Assembly: GCA_002633005.1 (NCBI GenBank)
Contig: NMRA01000604.1
Coordinates: forward strand, 101,955 to 165,954
DNA from: Phoronis australis
Lineage: Eukaryota > Animalia > Phoronida
DNA: 64,000 nucleotides
Direction: 5' to 3'
Position 1 is the stretch's first letter; every line of letters begins with the position of its first letter. The notes under the pieces were generated by a model. It did not search any database. It saw only the letters and a list, made by a program, of their open reading frames with translations, and was not told the origin of the DNA. The translations under genes were made by a program, and so were the position numbers. Shown one piece after another: positions 12,501 through 24,268 of the stretch.

Positions 12501-15500
12501 GATGTTGCTTTTATATCAGAGTGTAATTTTAAATGAGTGAAATCGATGTAGATTTTAATAGGCCATGGTATTACTATTTATTTTTAAATTAATACTCTTA
12601 ATGCGGCATTCTCAACAAGAAGAGTAACTTAACAGAAATTAGCTGTAGCGCGAAGTCAAACCCGCTAGCTCAACAGTAGCAGTCTCACGCTCTGCCACTG
12701 AGCTAAATCCCATGTGGAAAATTACAGCGTTTTAAGCGCATTTAAGTTTCAAAGAAACTGTGTTTCATTTCTTTGAATGTTTGCCAGACAAAAGTGAAAT
12801 GGTGATTTGTATTGAAATCACAACAACACGATGCATTTTGTTGTTTCATAGTTCTTGTCAACGCTAATAACTTAAGAATTATATCCTATCTAACAGTAAT
12901 TCCAAAAGTGCATTTTTCAAAAATTAATTTGTCTCCATTGACTAGCTCATGTTAGCTTTTTCGTGGAAAACACCAATATAAACGTATTAAAAATCTGTTG
13001 CATATTGACTCATTGAGCTGTGTCAATCTACAACTATAGCCACTTGGATGCGCTTTTTCCCAAAAGCTCCACATGTTACAAAGGTCACTGTAACTTTCCT
13101 CTCTTCCTATCGAAAGGAGATGTAACTTGTTCATTTCATGCTATTTCAGGTGTGCCATTTCCAAAGAATTACCTTTCAACGGTTAAGAAGATCCTTACAC
13201 GCTTATTCCGAGTATTCGTCCACGTTTATATACATCACTTTGATAAAGTCGTCACCATCGGTGCTGTAAGTGACATCTCCAGGTTATAATTGTAGAATTA
13301 ATCGTTTCTTCTAACTGACCTATTGCCAGGATTTTGAGTGACGTCTTAAGTGACCAATCAGAACGCAGCATTCTTGACACACCTTCGTTTCCAAGCTGCC
13401 ATTTTACCCGATAAACAACACGTTGCTGGGGAAAAAAATATTGTTTGTTTGTCGACATTTTTGCAGGGAGGCGGAACTTGCAATAGGTCAATTGTGATGG
13501 TGTGTGGAATTTTCCACCATCTTGATTGGTGCAAATTGCTTTCAGATGTGTATCTTGGTTATTCATCCTGGTTGTACTGTCTGGTCTCGAGCAATTACTG
13601 TTTTTTCTACAAGCCCAGACATCAATTCTCGTCTGCTTTGGGGAGAAATTGAGACCAATTTCGAAATTGTAAGTGGTCTAAATCCAAGGTTAAGTGACAG
13701 GTGGTTGGTTGGCTTGAGGTCGAAAATGCAGCGTCAGTCACTTATAATGCGAATTTAGCTTGTCTCCATTGTCTCGCCTCATTGACAGGGATTAGTGACT
13801 GCATTGATATAGTTAATGGACTATGTTACGTTTTTGAAGGCATTTTGGGTCATTTTGGCACATTCACTTAATTGGCAATAAAAGGTATTTTCTACCTGCC
13901 TTAAAAGATAAAATTCATAAAAATAACAATTATTGGAATAGACAGTGTGACGCAGTGAAGTTTGTAAAATGTGAGCTGGTGTGATTTATCTGTGTACTCA
14001 CACTTTCCAATTCTTGCCCAACAAAAAGAAACGTCCGTCCATTTTCTTAAAGGAGACGGGCAGACTTGAAAACTTCCTTCGTGAAGAACCATAATGGGGC
14101 TCTCGTGCCTTAGCTCAGGTGTTTTGTGCAATGGGCCCAACTGTGAGGCCTGCGCACATCTGATGTGCCGCAAATGACGTCAGACTAGCTGCGTTGTTTT
14201 TCCCCATTCTTTTAACTATTCGCAATGGCCGTTAGGCCCGCAGATTGTCAGTGTCAGTCCGGTACACAGCAGTTTGCCATTTGACTTGACCAACGGGCAA
14301 GAGAACTGACACAACTGTGATTAAGTCGATTAAATTCATGGTATTCGCACTTATGTGACTGGCTCAAAGTGTCACAGTTATAATTTGAAGAACTGTTATT
14401 TTAACTAAAAATTTTGTTTTTATAAAAATCAACTGAACTGCATCGACATGGCCGTTAGAGTGTGTGAAGAATTTACAAAAATGATGGAAAACACCATTAA
14501 AAACCATTCTTCTTTAACGAATATGATTAGGACGGTCCCAGATTACACAGCGACACTAGAAATCAGGGTATTAACCCACAATGCTACAACTTTCGTCAAG
14601 CAGCTCTCTAGCATCATTTTAGTGCCACTGGAGTTTCTTGTTATTTGTTGGTGCCTTGCTTTTTTCAAGGTTTTTGACTACATTACCGTATCGGACCTTC
14701 CAATATCAGCAAAGTTATACTGCTGTGTTGTAAGCTACAGCCTGGATGGCAAAAATTTGGATAAACTCAAAAAATATCCGTGAATGCTACATTTTCTGAC
14801 AGTGGTGATTCTTAGAATCAGTCCGACATTTCCAAACCTAAGTTAATATAATGACAACACGTTTTACCTATTGCCAAGACAAAGGAGATTTCTATCTCAA
14901 AGTCGTCTTTGTTAACATTGATGGATATATTTATCTCTGTTCCAGGAAGCACATGTCAACACATGTTACAAGCACTTCTATTACTTTGTCCAAGAATTTA
15001 GCTTAGTTGATAAAAAGGAACTGGAACCATTGGTAAGTGGACTAGAATTGACAAGCATTCTCTTGTCATGTGACAAGCCTTCTCTAGACGTAAGTCATGT
15101 TCTGTAGTCTTGAACAGCATCGTAGAACTAGCGGTTGTTTATCTTGGTTTTGTTTATTAACTGGCATGTGTGGTTTTGGTGTTTCTAAACCTTGCTTCAT
15201 TTAAAAACAGAATAACTTACTGGCTTTCGAGCATATTCCCTTTAAGGGGACTAATTATTCTTTGGTAACATTTTCAACCCACTGGTAAATGTCCTTAGCC
15301 CACAGTGTTCATTTTGCTCACAGTTTGAAATTCAAGCTTATGAAGATCGCCATTGTGCTCAAGATGCTGGTGAAGTACCCTCGACCCACTAGCCAGAGTT
15401 GTTGGTATAATTGAATACCCAAAACTTTGCCACTGTCAGTCACTGTCGCCAGACGACTGTCCCTCACATAGCGGCGAGTTCTGTTAAGAAATAAGCCCTT

Positions 15501-16511
15501 GTTTAAGGCATAAGCCATTATCGATCTTTTACGCTATGTCCGTGTATTATCAATTTCAGTCGTACTGGTAGCAGGGGGATTTGGGCAGCATACAACTTAA
15601 TGCAAACCCGATTCTATAAAGCCATCTCATTGGTCACTTGCATTTTACTTAGAAAATGTGGCGAATCACATGAAAGTTAACAACATGGCTAATGAAGGAG
15701 TTGTAAGCGCGACCTGCTGCCAGTCACCATGGCATTAAATTCATAGAGCTTGAATAATACTTACTAGCAAGACTAAGAAAGCTAAAAATATGTGACATTG
15801 TTCAAAGTTTCCCAATGTTTATACATTAAGCTTTTTGGCCCTGATAGCAATGATGCAGTCATCTTTTTGTGCACTGGAATGCACTGCAAGAGCTACATTA
15901 TCATCTGCAAATAGGCCATTGGATGTGTTTATTTTGATCTCCAGTTCACAAGAAAACGAGTTTGCTTGGTGACCAAAGTCACTTGGACAGTATGCTTGAA
16001 TTGTGTTCCTGACTAGCAAGCTACTCAGTCGTACAATTTGAATTTAATGTTGAAAGTGGTGCCTGACCCAACAAACTTATTCAAGATTTTTGACAAGCTT
16101 GATTTACTTATCTAATGCACACACTTTTTCAAGCTAACCGAGTATTGCTCAGTAAAGAAATAAGGAAATTCAAGCTTGGAGAAAAATATCACGTTTGTTA
16201 ACGTGGTCAAATTTAGCGAAGTGCAATACTGGGGTTGGCTGTGAACTCGCACCAAACTCATTTTCAAAAAATGTTTGTTTTTAAATTCAGCTGCATCGGT
16301 TATCAACTTAAAAGGTTTCGATTTAGTGACCATTAGTTTTCAGTAACTGCAGTTAACAATTTCAGCACTATTGAAATGTGTTTCATTCATTCTGTAACTA
16401 AATACAAGAGTCTGCTGTAACCATTGCACCACTTGTACCCTACTCTAACCTTCGTTAAACCCAACTTCCTGTCACTTTCAGAAGGACATGACAAGTCGAA
16501 TCTGTCACTAA
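473..16511 (+). CDS. MOB3: MOB kinase activator 3-like (spliced, 7 exons, 218 aa)
   Basis: Exons 473-517, 8939-9089, 10055-10148, 10877-11010, 13150-13265, 14946-15032, 16482-16511; all introns GT-AG, phases consistent, total 657 nt. Translation [23 protein letters not shown]...[21 protein letters not shown]...[12 protein letters not shown]...KKPTALPA...[13 protein letters not shown]...[14 protein letters not shown]...[15 protein letters not shown] matches the MOB3 family from memory. Confidence 0.95.
1700..2120. mobile_element. Decayed copy of the MITE family also seen at 26243-27177
   Basis: 1740-1975 aligns by eye with 26290-26520 (gaagcttttcagcgaattatgcc...aaatactccc...gcagtcc); an inverted remnant gcataattcgctgaag lies at about 2070-2100. 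Confidence 0.7.
8939..9089 (+). CDS. MOB3: MOB3 exon 2
   Basis: [12 protein letters not shown]...NDWIAVH; ttccag acceptor, gtacgc donor. Confidence 0.95.
10055..10148 (+). CDS. MOB3: MOB3 exon 3
   Basis: [32 protein letters not shown]; gtaagt donor. Confidence 0.95.
10877..11010 (+). CDS. MOB3: MOB3 exon 4
   Basis: [44 protein letters not shown]; gtaagg donor. Confidence 0.95.
12296..12369 (+). repeat. Imperfect (CAG/CAA)n microsatellite in MOB3 intron 4
   Basis: Directly visible; explains the poly-Leu ORF 12167-12400(-). Confidence 0.9.
12640..12712 (-). mobile_element. tRNA-derived SINE head or tRNA pseudogene
   Basis: Minus strand GGGATTTAGCTCAGTGGCAGAGCG...GCGGGTTTGACTTCG has an A box and a degenerate B box; acceptor stem not intact. 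Confidence 0.55.
13150..13265 (+). CDS. MOB3: MOB3 exon 5
   Basis: [39 protein letters not shown]; gtaagt donor. Confidence 0.95.
14946..15032 (+). CDS. MOB3: MOB3 exon 6
   Basis: [29 protein letters not shown]; gtaagt donor. Confidence 0.95.
16482..16511 (+). CDS. MOB3: MOB3 terminal exon 7a (KDMTSRICH*)
   Basis: ctttcag acceptor, phase 0; resembles vertebrate MOB3 C-terminus KEMTSRMCH; AATAAA at 16877. Confidence 0.88.
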   Translation, partial: KDMTSRICH

Positions 16512-18634
16512 AACAACCAATGGGATGCATGCTAACTTCTTCATGTTTCACATTAACCCCGACAGCAAACTGCCGTCACATAACACGAAAAGGGTCTAAC
16601 AGAAATGCCATCAAGTTTGTTGACCGAAAGGAAATCCGTAATTGGACACAGCCATTACTTGCAAGCTGAGCTACTTTTTCTCACAAAGACTTTCAGAGTG
16701 ACTCTGTTTAGTTTGTGTTCTTGTTGGTATGTCTTAGCTTATTTTTGTCCTCGGTTTGAAACCATGGTTACCACTCATCATGGAAAACCTGGGAATCCAC
16801 AGCAGCTAATTTCCATAGGACTTGGAAAATGAAAGAAGTAAATCTCATGCAAAATTCATAAGACTTTTTTAAGATAAATAAAAAATGTCATTCAGCATGT
16901 CATGCGTTCTCTTGTTTTTCATCAATGGTTAGGAAAATATTTCAATACACCTTTTGTGACAAAAAGAATTCATGGAAAATGAAAAGATTGTGGGTGAAAA
17001 CCATGTGTAAGCTTTGTCGGTACTGTGTGTTTGTACAGTGTATGCCATTCAGACTAAGTGACGTGGGCTTGCCACCATGACGGGCAGAATGGTTTCTCTC
17101 GTGACCCAGAATGAAGCGGGATTAACGGGAAAGTCATTAAGATGGCTGAGCCGTTCTGTAATTATAATTTTGCCCACGTAATAGTTATTACCGGTACTAG
17201 TCATTTTTGCTTTTAAGTGCATTAGTTGTCATGGTGATGAAATGGTATTTTGCCTGATTACCTTTTGCCTCGTGCTGTGTTAAAGCTGCATGCTGTATGT
17301 ATTAGGGTGATGTGAACTATAGATAGGTCACAATCTGCTGGTTTGGTGGTGTTACTTTTCTTGCCTGTTCAGTCTCACTGCTCAAGGGACCGTTTCACCA
17401 AGGTAGTTTTGACTCGATTCTCGAAAAAAATTTATGCAACGGACTGAAACTGGCTAATAATTTGGAAACTCTTTTTGCAATTCGAATCAGAATCCCAAAG
17501 GTGTTGCATTCGAGGGGTGTTGCTGACACAAGGTGCCTGTTCCAGGGCGCACTCAGCCCGTTTTGTGCTCAGAACTACTTTGATGTGACGGAGTCCTCTG
17601 GTTTTGGAAGTGTATTTGTGGTAGACAGTAGATGACTAATTGAAATTTGCATGGACGTTAAGGCGTAGATTTGACTTCATTATTAGGTCCTCCATTCACC
17701 TATTTCGGCTGCATTTTCCATGCCCATCCATTGTCATTGTTTATTGGTGTCAAAAATGGCTTTGACAATTTTTTGATGAACCTTGACAGAGAGATGTGTG
17801 GCTGGGCTGTGCCTGCACTTGACAGTTTTCTGCTTTGATATCATAGTGACTAAAGTATTTTAGTTAAGTGTATATTACACAGTTCTAAAAAAAGGTAGAA
17901 ACAACCCTTTCGCGGTGCTTAGTTTTGTAAAGTATTTATCTAGACTATTTCAGTTTCCCAAGAATAATTGGAGTAAGTTGTTTGACTTATTTCCAAGTCG
18001 TTCCTGTAATGTTCTTTAGGTGGTTTTCTTATAATTTTGTCTTTTGTTAATCATGAATCATTTTATTTTTTTCAACAAAAACTCGATTATGGTTTTTGAA
18101 ATCCAGTAATTTCTAACTATAGTGCAGCAAAGATGACAAATAAGAAATTAGTTTATTAGTATCAGACTAGATGTTAATTTTTAGTCATTGATTTCTTAAT
18201 ATGTTGTGCTTTATTTTTACATATATTTTGATTTATTGCATGCTTTGTTTGTTTTTCATGTTATGTTGCACATGACTGTGCCCAGTTGACTAACCACTTT
18301 TGCCGACTGTGCAGCACAATGTACTAATCTTTAAGCTCACGTAACGCCATCTTTTGTCTTAGGGAGGAACCTTTTATTTTGGTCTTTTGATATGGATAGT
18401 TAGTGTTGCAAATTACTCATAATAAACCCATGGACCGTGGGAGTTCGTTGATTGTTCTAACGTAAAGATTCGCCACCCCTAACTTGATTTACTCCACTTT
18501 AAGTTTGCGATCTTGGTTTGACCTAGTCATCCATGTGTGGGATAAAACGCAATGCATCATAGTCTTGTCACTTTAATGCCCTGTTGCCTGTTCTTAATGT
18601 TATTCTCATTAGTTGTATTTCATTACAATTTTAG

Positions 18635-18664
18635 AGGGTTATGACGGAGAGAATTTGCCACTAG
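18635..18664 (+). CDS. MOB3: MOB3 alternative terminal exon 7b (RVMTERICH*)
   Basis: attttag acceptor, phase 0, same 30-nt length and paralogous peptide as 7a; AATAAA at 18708. Confidence 0.75.
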   Translation, partial: RVMTERICH

Positions 18665-19663
18665 ATGTTGAATGGCCACAGACAACTCACCATGTCTACA
18701 GATACATAATAAAGCTGCATTTTGCCCCGTTAAGCTGGCTAAAAAGCAAAATCAAATTAGGCTTTTTACTCTCATGAAACTGTTCTGATAATTTTATTTG
18801 TGTTACGAAGAAGAACATCAAACTATCAGCAACTCAGGAAACACTTCAGAGTTTATTGCGGTTGACCGACCCTAAAATTGAAATTTGAAAATAATGCATG
18901 TGCACATTGCCTTTGACTAGAATTGGCAGCTCATTCAGCAAATATTCAAGATGGGGGTGTTAATTTTTTAAACCCCAAATCAATTAAGTTCTGAATTTTA
19001 CAATGACAGCTAAACAACGGCAAAATGCCGCTTTAAAATGTTGGTGGATAGTTTTCCATTTGCGTAGAAGTACTCTTTGTTTTATTTACAAGTACTTGAG
19101 AATAGATTTCTCTGGGAAAGTTTTCGCAATATATGATCTAGGGAAAGAGAAATCAATTTCTTCCCATTTGTATTATTTTGAGTTCAGACTGAATATTTGG
19201 GAAGTTTTCGACTTAAAATTTTTTTGATCTTGTAAAGAAAACTTGGGTACATCACATCTCTTATGTGAAGTTACAACACAGCATTTCACTATCTCTTCAT
19301 AGTTGCTGTGTTTTGTTAGAGAGAAGATGCAAATGTACAAGTGATGGCGCAATTGATGAAGTTTGTTATTGTAAAAAGACTGTTTTGTATAACCGAAACT
19401 TTCCTATCTAAACCAGTTTTGTTTAGAAACTTTTCAGTCTTGACAGGCTCCCTGCTATGTTTTCACATAATTGATGTCAGGGGACATTGACTGGTTACCT
19501 TGTAGTTTTAGAATGTCAAAAATGTTGCAGGTGTCCTTTTGACTTTGATTTGCAATCCATGTCAAAAAGGATTTTGAAATTTGAGGTTGGCAGCAGCAGA
19601 TCCGTTTTTTTCTAGGTGGTCTGATAGGGGACACACTAATTGAAAATTCTTGCAGAATGTAAA

Positions 19664-19740
19664 GGTGAAGGAGCAGAGGGACCGGGACCCACCCTCTGGA
19701 TGGGTGAAGGAGCAGAGGGACCGGGACCCACCCTCTGGAT
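19664..19740 (+). repeat. 39-bp direct duplication inside a small GGATC-terminated MITE-like repeat
   Basis: ggtgaaggagcagagggaccgggacccaccctctggat twice; flanked by agcagatcc...ggatctgct inverted ends. Confidence 0.75.
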
Positions 19741-20758
19741 CTGCTCCTTATTGGTAGTCATTTGCCCCCTTTCTTCAGCCACCGTTAAGTCCCCTGCCCA
19801 AAACACTGACTATCCACAGACAACCTTTTGTGTATGTTATAGCAAAATGTGCATGAATTGTACAAAAGTTGGTGTTGCTAAGGCAGACCTTGAAGATCGT
19901 CCAACAGGTGGCTACAGTCCCGTTTTGTATGAGATTATACTTGACTATAAAGTGTTACAATCCAGGTATTATGGGAATGCAAAGTAGATCGTATGCATTT
20001 CCAATTTTTGATGGTGCAACTCAGGTTGTCAGGGGAATCTACAATAGAATCGCATTCACTTAACTGATCTAAAGCATTGTGCATTTTGTCTTAGTGTTGA
20101 GACATATTGCAAAGTATTCGTTGTGCTGGTCTTTTATATTTCAGTGTATCATACCTTGAGACTTAAACATATTTGGACATTTACAAAATGGAAACTATAC
20201 TAAAGTTGTTACAAATTTTTCTGAGAACCTATGTTATTTAATTTGTATATATTGTATTACTTAATGCATAGATTCATGGTTGGGTTTGGGCGTGTTGGAA
20301 TTGTATTTATGAGGACTGCGAATTGGTAACTTTGCTGTTTTCATTCTGTGTATTTCTAAATTATGTATAGTAAACTTCATAAAATTTAAGTTGTGTTTCT
20401 TTTTTACTGGGAAGTAGGGTTCAATTAGAACTGATGGGGGCTTGGAATATCCCTCTTTAGAGGATTTCCTCTTTTTAGGTTTTGATTTTCTCTTATCAGT
20501 ATTTGATTTCCTGTTGTTTCTTTTTCCATCCACTTTTTATCATTAATTTGACTTTATTCATTCTAAAATGTTTGTTTCAGTTAAGTTTTACACCACAAAA
20601 ATACCTCTGTCACACAAGCCTATTCTTGAATGATACATCACCTGGAAATTTTTCCTCTTTTCGGTAACTGGTCATTCAAAGCCCTGACTATAAACTAGTC
20701 AATCCACGCAGAGGGAGTCTGTATGGTGCGGCAACACAGTGCAGAATAGTTGTTCATT

Positions 20759-21167
20759 CCCTCACGAAAAATTCCTATGGGAATTCGTATAAGACTTGAA
20801 TATATCCAGTGGGCAATTCAATAGGATTCTATAGGAAGTTCAATAGGATTCTATGAAACAATTAACATACATGTATTAAGACTCGCCTGAATATTAAAAT
20901 TTACAAAAATTAAGGACTCAGAAGAGCTGAAGTTAGATAAAAACAAATCGATATTTTATTATATAGTCTTGAGCTATTTGTTTGTTAAAATGCTTAGAAA
21001 TCAGATTTGTGATTAAATTCCAAAAGGATTTTTTCTATAGGAATTCCTATAGGATATCTTGATCCTATAGGAATCCTATAGGAAATCGATATTCCTATAG
21101 GAATTCCCATAGGAATTCTTATCCAATAGGAATTCCTATAGGATCCTATTGAATATTTTCGTATGGG
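20759..21167. mobile_element. Non-autonomous TIR element with subterminal palindromic repeats (CACTA/CMC-like)
   Basis: Ends CCCTCACGAAAA / TTTTCGTATGGG with TT on both flanks; many copies of (C)TATAGGAATTCCTAT(AG) near both ends. Confidence 0.65.
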
Positions 21168-22474
21168 TTGCGGCTGCCCTCTGTTGAAGAAGCGAACTTT
21201 TGGCTTGGACTAATTGCCAAAATAAGATTGATTGCAGTTTGTTCCTTACGTAGATAAGAAGTGATATCTAGGTTTGAAAAGAACTTCCAATTGACAAATT
21301 TTCCTTCGTCCTGGCTATTAGGCGTGTAAAACTTGACAGCCCGAGAAGTCTGCTTGTTGAGCCTGGTATCTAGCATTAAAGTGATACTAAACCTGTTATG
21401 ATGAATTCAACCAATCCTCGCCCTGTCACGTGCTAATGTATCCTTAGCGTCAATCTTTCAAGTTAAAGAAAGGATTCAACTAAAAACTCATTCTCCCTTT
21501 GTCACACATTGGGCATTATTATCCTTGGTGGATGGTGTTATCCCACCACACTTGTAATTCGCTAAAGGCATAGGTCACGCTTTGCCCGTTGAGCAGACTT
21601 TGATAGGAATTTTCAAATTTTCCTCCAAACTTTTAAGGTTTGTCAAGTGTTTCAGAGCATTATTTTGCTTCAAAGAACTGGATGGGAAAGTCGTTTTTAG
21701 TATCTGCTAATAGGCCGAAGCCAGGTTTAGTATCCTTTTAATAGGCCAAAACCGGGTTTGGTATCTTTTAAAAAATAGCAGCAAGTTTGGAATCAAAGAT
21801 GGCAGTTTGAAAATAGTTTGTGAATTTTACTGACAATATTCCCAATGTTTTTATGACAAAAAAAACACAAGAAAACTCTATTTATGTTGCAAATCATTGT
21901 GTCAGGAAAGCCATAGTCGACTTGAAGAAGCGTTCGTGCATTAACATGTTACTTTTCACTAAACACGCACCCTGGTTGTAAATAGATATTTACAGAGACG
22001 CCGCCATAATAACTTCGTGAAACAGAGTTTGGCTTGAGTTTTTGCAAAACAGTCTGGGCTAGGATTCCCAATTGTGAATCCTAGATCTGTGGAGGTTACT
22101 CGATTAGGTATATTTCGAGGTGTGAATGCAGAACAATTCGTTTTTTTAACGCTTGCTTTATAAAACGAGCAAAATCAGTGCATAAAGTAATAACTGACTG
22201 CCATCCGCCTTTTCTGGAATAAGTTGAAAACGAAATAATATGCCAATAGGTTACTTATAATGACGAGACGGGACAGCAAAACCCGTTTTTTATTTTGCTG
22301 CGAATTGAGGAGATATTTTTTTTTAATTTAAAAACTATTTTGTTTTAAAAAGTCAGGGTTTGTGTCCTGCGTTAAGACGACACGGAAAACAGAGACACTT
22401 TTGTATGAAAATGTTTTCAAAAGAATAGTAACTTACGTCACACTTCATGACGCGAACTATCATAAACTGTGACA

Positions 22475-24268
22475 ATGTGGCGGCTTATGATAATATGTTC
22501 CACGATATTACCGTATTCCGTGCTGTCGGTTCTGGTAAACGTAGCAAAATACAAAGTCGCGAGACAGTCTGGAGTAGCCGATGGCGGTAGTGCTATGAGA
22601 GCCGTGGACGGCAACAATGCCACGGCCTTCAGTCGTGGATCGTGCACACAAACTCCGATGCGTTCAAACCAATTTTGGTTTGTAGATCTTGGAAGATCAG
22701 ACTACGTTGTTGTAGCCGCGAAGATCACGAACAGGGCAGATTCTCTTGGCTATCACTTACACGACTACGCCACATCAGTAGGCAAGTATAGGGAAAAACC
22801 ACAAAAAGAAACGGTTTGCTTCTTCCGTGAAGGAGTTGTCGGCGACGGCAAGTCGGAGTTGCATTGGTGCTATATACCAGTGGAAGGGAAATATTTCTTT
22901 ATTCGTATCTTGAGTACGAGTTACAGCGAAATTTTATCTCTCTGTGAAGTTGAAGTTTTCATCGAAGTTCGCAACGCAGCCGGTGGAAGAGTGACCACAC
23001 AGTACCCGACGTCCAACTCTCATTCTAGGTATGCTGTTGATAATTACCTGAGTTCCGTTAGTGACCACGTTCATCCTTGCGCACAAACTTCTTCACTGTC
23101 TTACGGGAGTAGCTCGTACCATTGGTGGGAAGTTAAGCTGGACGATGTGCATATAATTTACGGAGTCCTTATAGTTAGTTCCAAGGAAAAGAGGTTGACC
23201 AAATTCCAAGTCATGGTTGGTAATCATTCCCATGCGGACAATCGTGAAGAGACATCATGCTTTCAATGGAGTGGGAGAATACGGGAAGGGTGGACAGTAT
23301 ATCGTAGCTGCACACTTCCCCTGTATGGGAAATACGTTATAATCAAAAATAGGGTACCAGGGACCCTTGTACTTTGCGAAGTAATGGTTCATGCTCGCAA
23401 ACTTCGTGGAAAATGCACTGTCAAACAAGATTCAGATGCACTCTTCTGGGATGCAAGTGAGCTGTTCCCAAACGGTGGTTTCAAGAAATTAGAGAACAAG
23501 TTTACTGACGTCCAACTCGGAGTGATAATTGATTTCACGTGTAAAATTGGATTTTCTTGGTTGGACCATGGTTTCGGTGGAGTTTTTACAAAGAAGCAAA
23601 CTTGCTGGGAAGATGGTGAAGTTCTTACGCAGCCAGCTTGCCAAGGTTGCATGCAGTCCTACGCTGGTACAAAATACAGAGGCACACGGTCCTTCACAAG
23701 TCGAGGTGTGTGTTTGCCGTGGCAGAACTCAAGACAATACGGCATGAGGCTCTACCACGAGAAGAATTACTGCCGCAACCCCGATAACTCAAAACACGGC
23801 CCATGGTGCTATCTGAAGTCACAAGCTGACACGAAAGTTGTCTGCACTAATATTCCCATGTGTAAGGGTTACATGTTTCCCAACCTGAACTGCAAGTTGA
23901 AAAACAATGGAGCGAGCTATCGTGGCTACTTGAAGTACACTCGTGACAATTCGCGGTGTAATCGCTGGGCTGACGGCGGTGAATACTGTCGCAACCCGAC
24001 TGGTGATCCTAAAGGGCCTTACTGCTACGTGGATCCCAGTAGGTCAAAGAAAGACTACTGCAACGTAATGCAATGCTCACACTTGCTCAAAGGTTACGAG
24101 ACCCTGATAAAGTTGGGACGCGGCGGAATGGCCGTGAACATTGACTCTGAAAAGTCAATTGAATCGGTCGGAGCGACACTGCAAGTGTTTCTTTTCTCTT
24201 GCGTCCAGTTTTCCCCGATAGTTCTAATAGTTATTCAAAATGGTTGGGTAGTTACCCGTGACACGTGA
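22475..24268 (+). CDS. Intronless protein: signal peptide, 2 F-type (fucolectin/FTP) domains, CCP/sushi-like domain, 2 kringles, hydrophobic C-terminus (597 aa)
   Basis: Single ORF, first ATG 22475. FTP motifs NVA..RQS..A.RAVDG..SCTQT..W.VDLG..ITNRAD..LSLCEVEVF and YAVD..CAQT..WWEVKL..LVLCEVMV; FTC.IGF...C.EDG....PAC; kringles YRG...CLPW...NYCRNPD..GPWCY and YRG...CNRW..YCRNP..GPYCY..YC; AATAAA about 24366. Confidence 0.9.
   Translation: MWRLMIICSTILPYSVLSVLVNVAKYKVARQSGVADGGSAMRAVDGNNATAFSRGSCTQTPMRSNQFWFVDLGRSDYVVVAAKITNRADSLGYHLHDYATSVGKYREKPQKETVCFFREGVVGDGKSELHWCYIPVEGKYFFIRILSTSYSEILSLCEVEVFIEVRNAAGGRVTTQYPTSNSHSRYAVDNYLSSVSDHVHPCAQTSSLSYGSSSYHWWEVKLDDVHIIYGVLIVSSKEKRLTKFQVMVGNHSHADNREETSCFQWSGRIREGWTVYRSCTLPLYGKYVIIKNRVPGTLVLCEVMVHARKLRGKCTVKQDSDALFWDASELFPNGGFKKLENKFTDVQLGVIIDFTCKIGFSWLDHGFGGVFTKKQTCWEDGEVLTQPACQGCMQSYAGTKYRGTRSFTSRGVCLPWQNSRQYGMRLYHEKNYCRNPDNSKHGPWCYLKSQADTKVVCTNIPMCKGYMFPNLNCKLKNNGASYRGYLKYTRDNSRCNRWADGGEYCRNPTGDPKGPYCYVDPSRSKKDYCNVMQCSHLLKGYETLIKLGRGGMAVNIDSEKSIESVGATLQVFLFSCVQFSPIVLIVIQNGWVVTRDT

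Noticed and set aside
12640-12712. Functional tRNA gene
   Set aside because: B box and acceptor/anticodon stems are degenerate; kept only as SINE-like.
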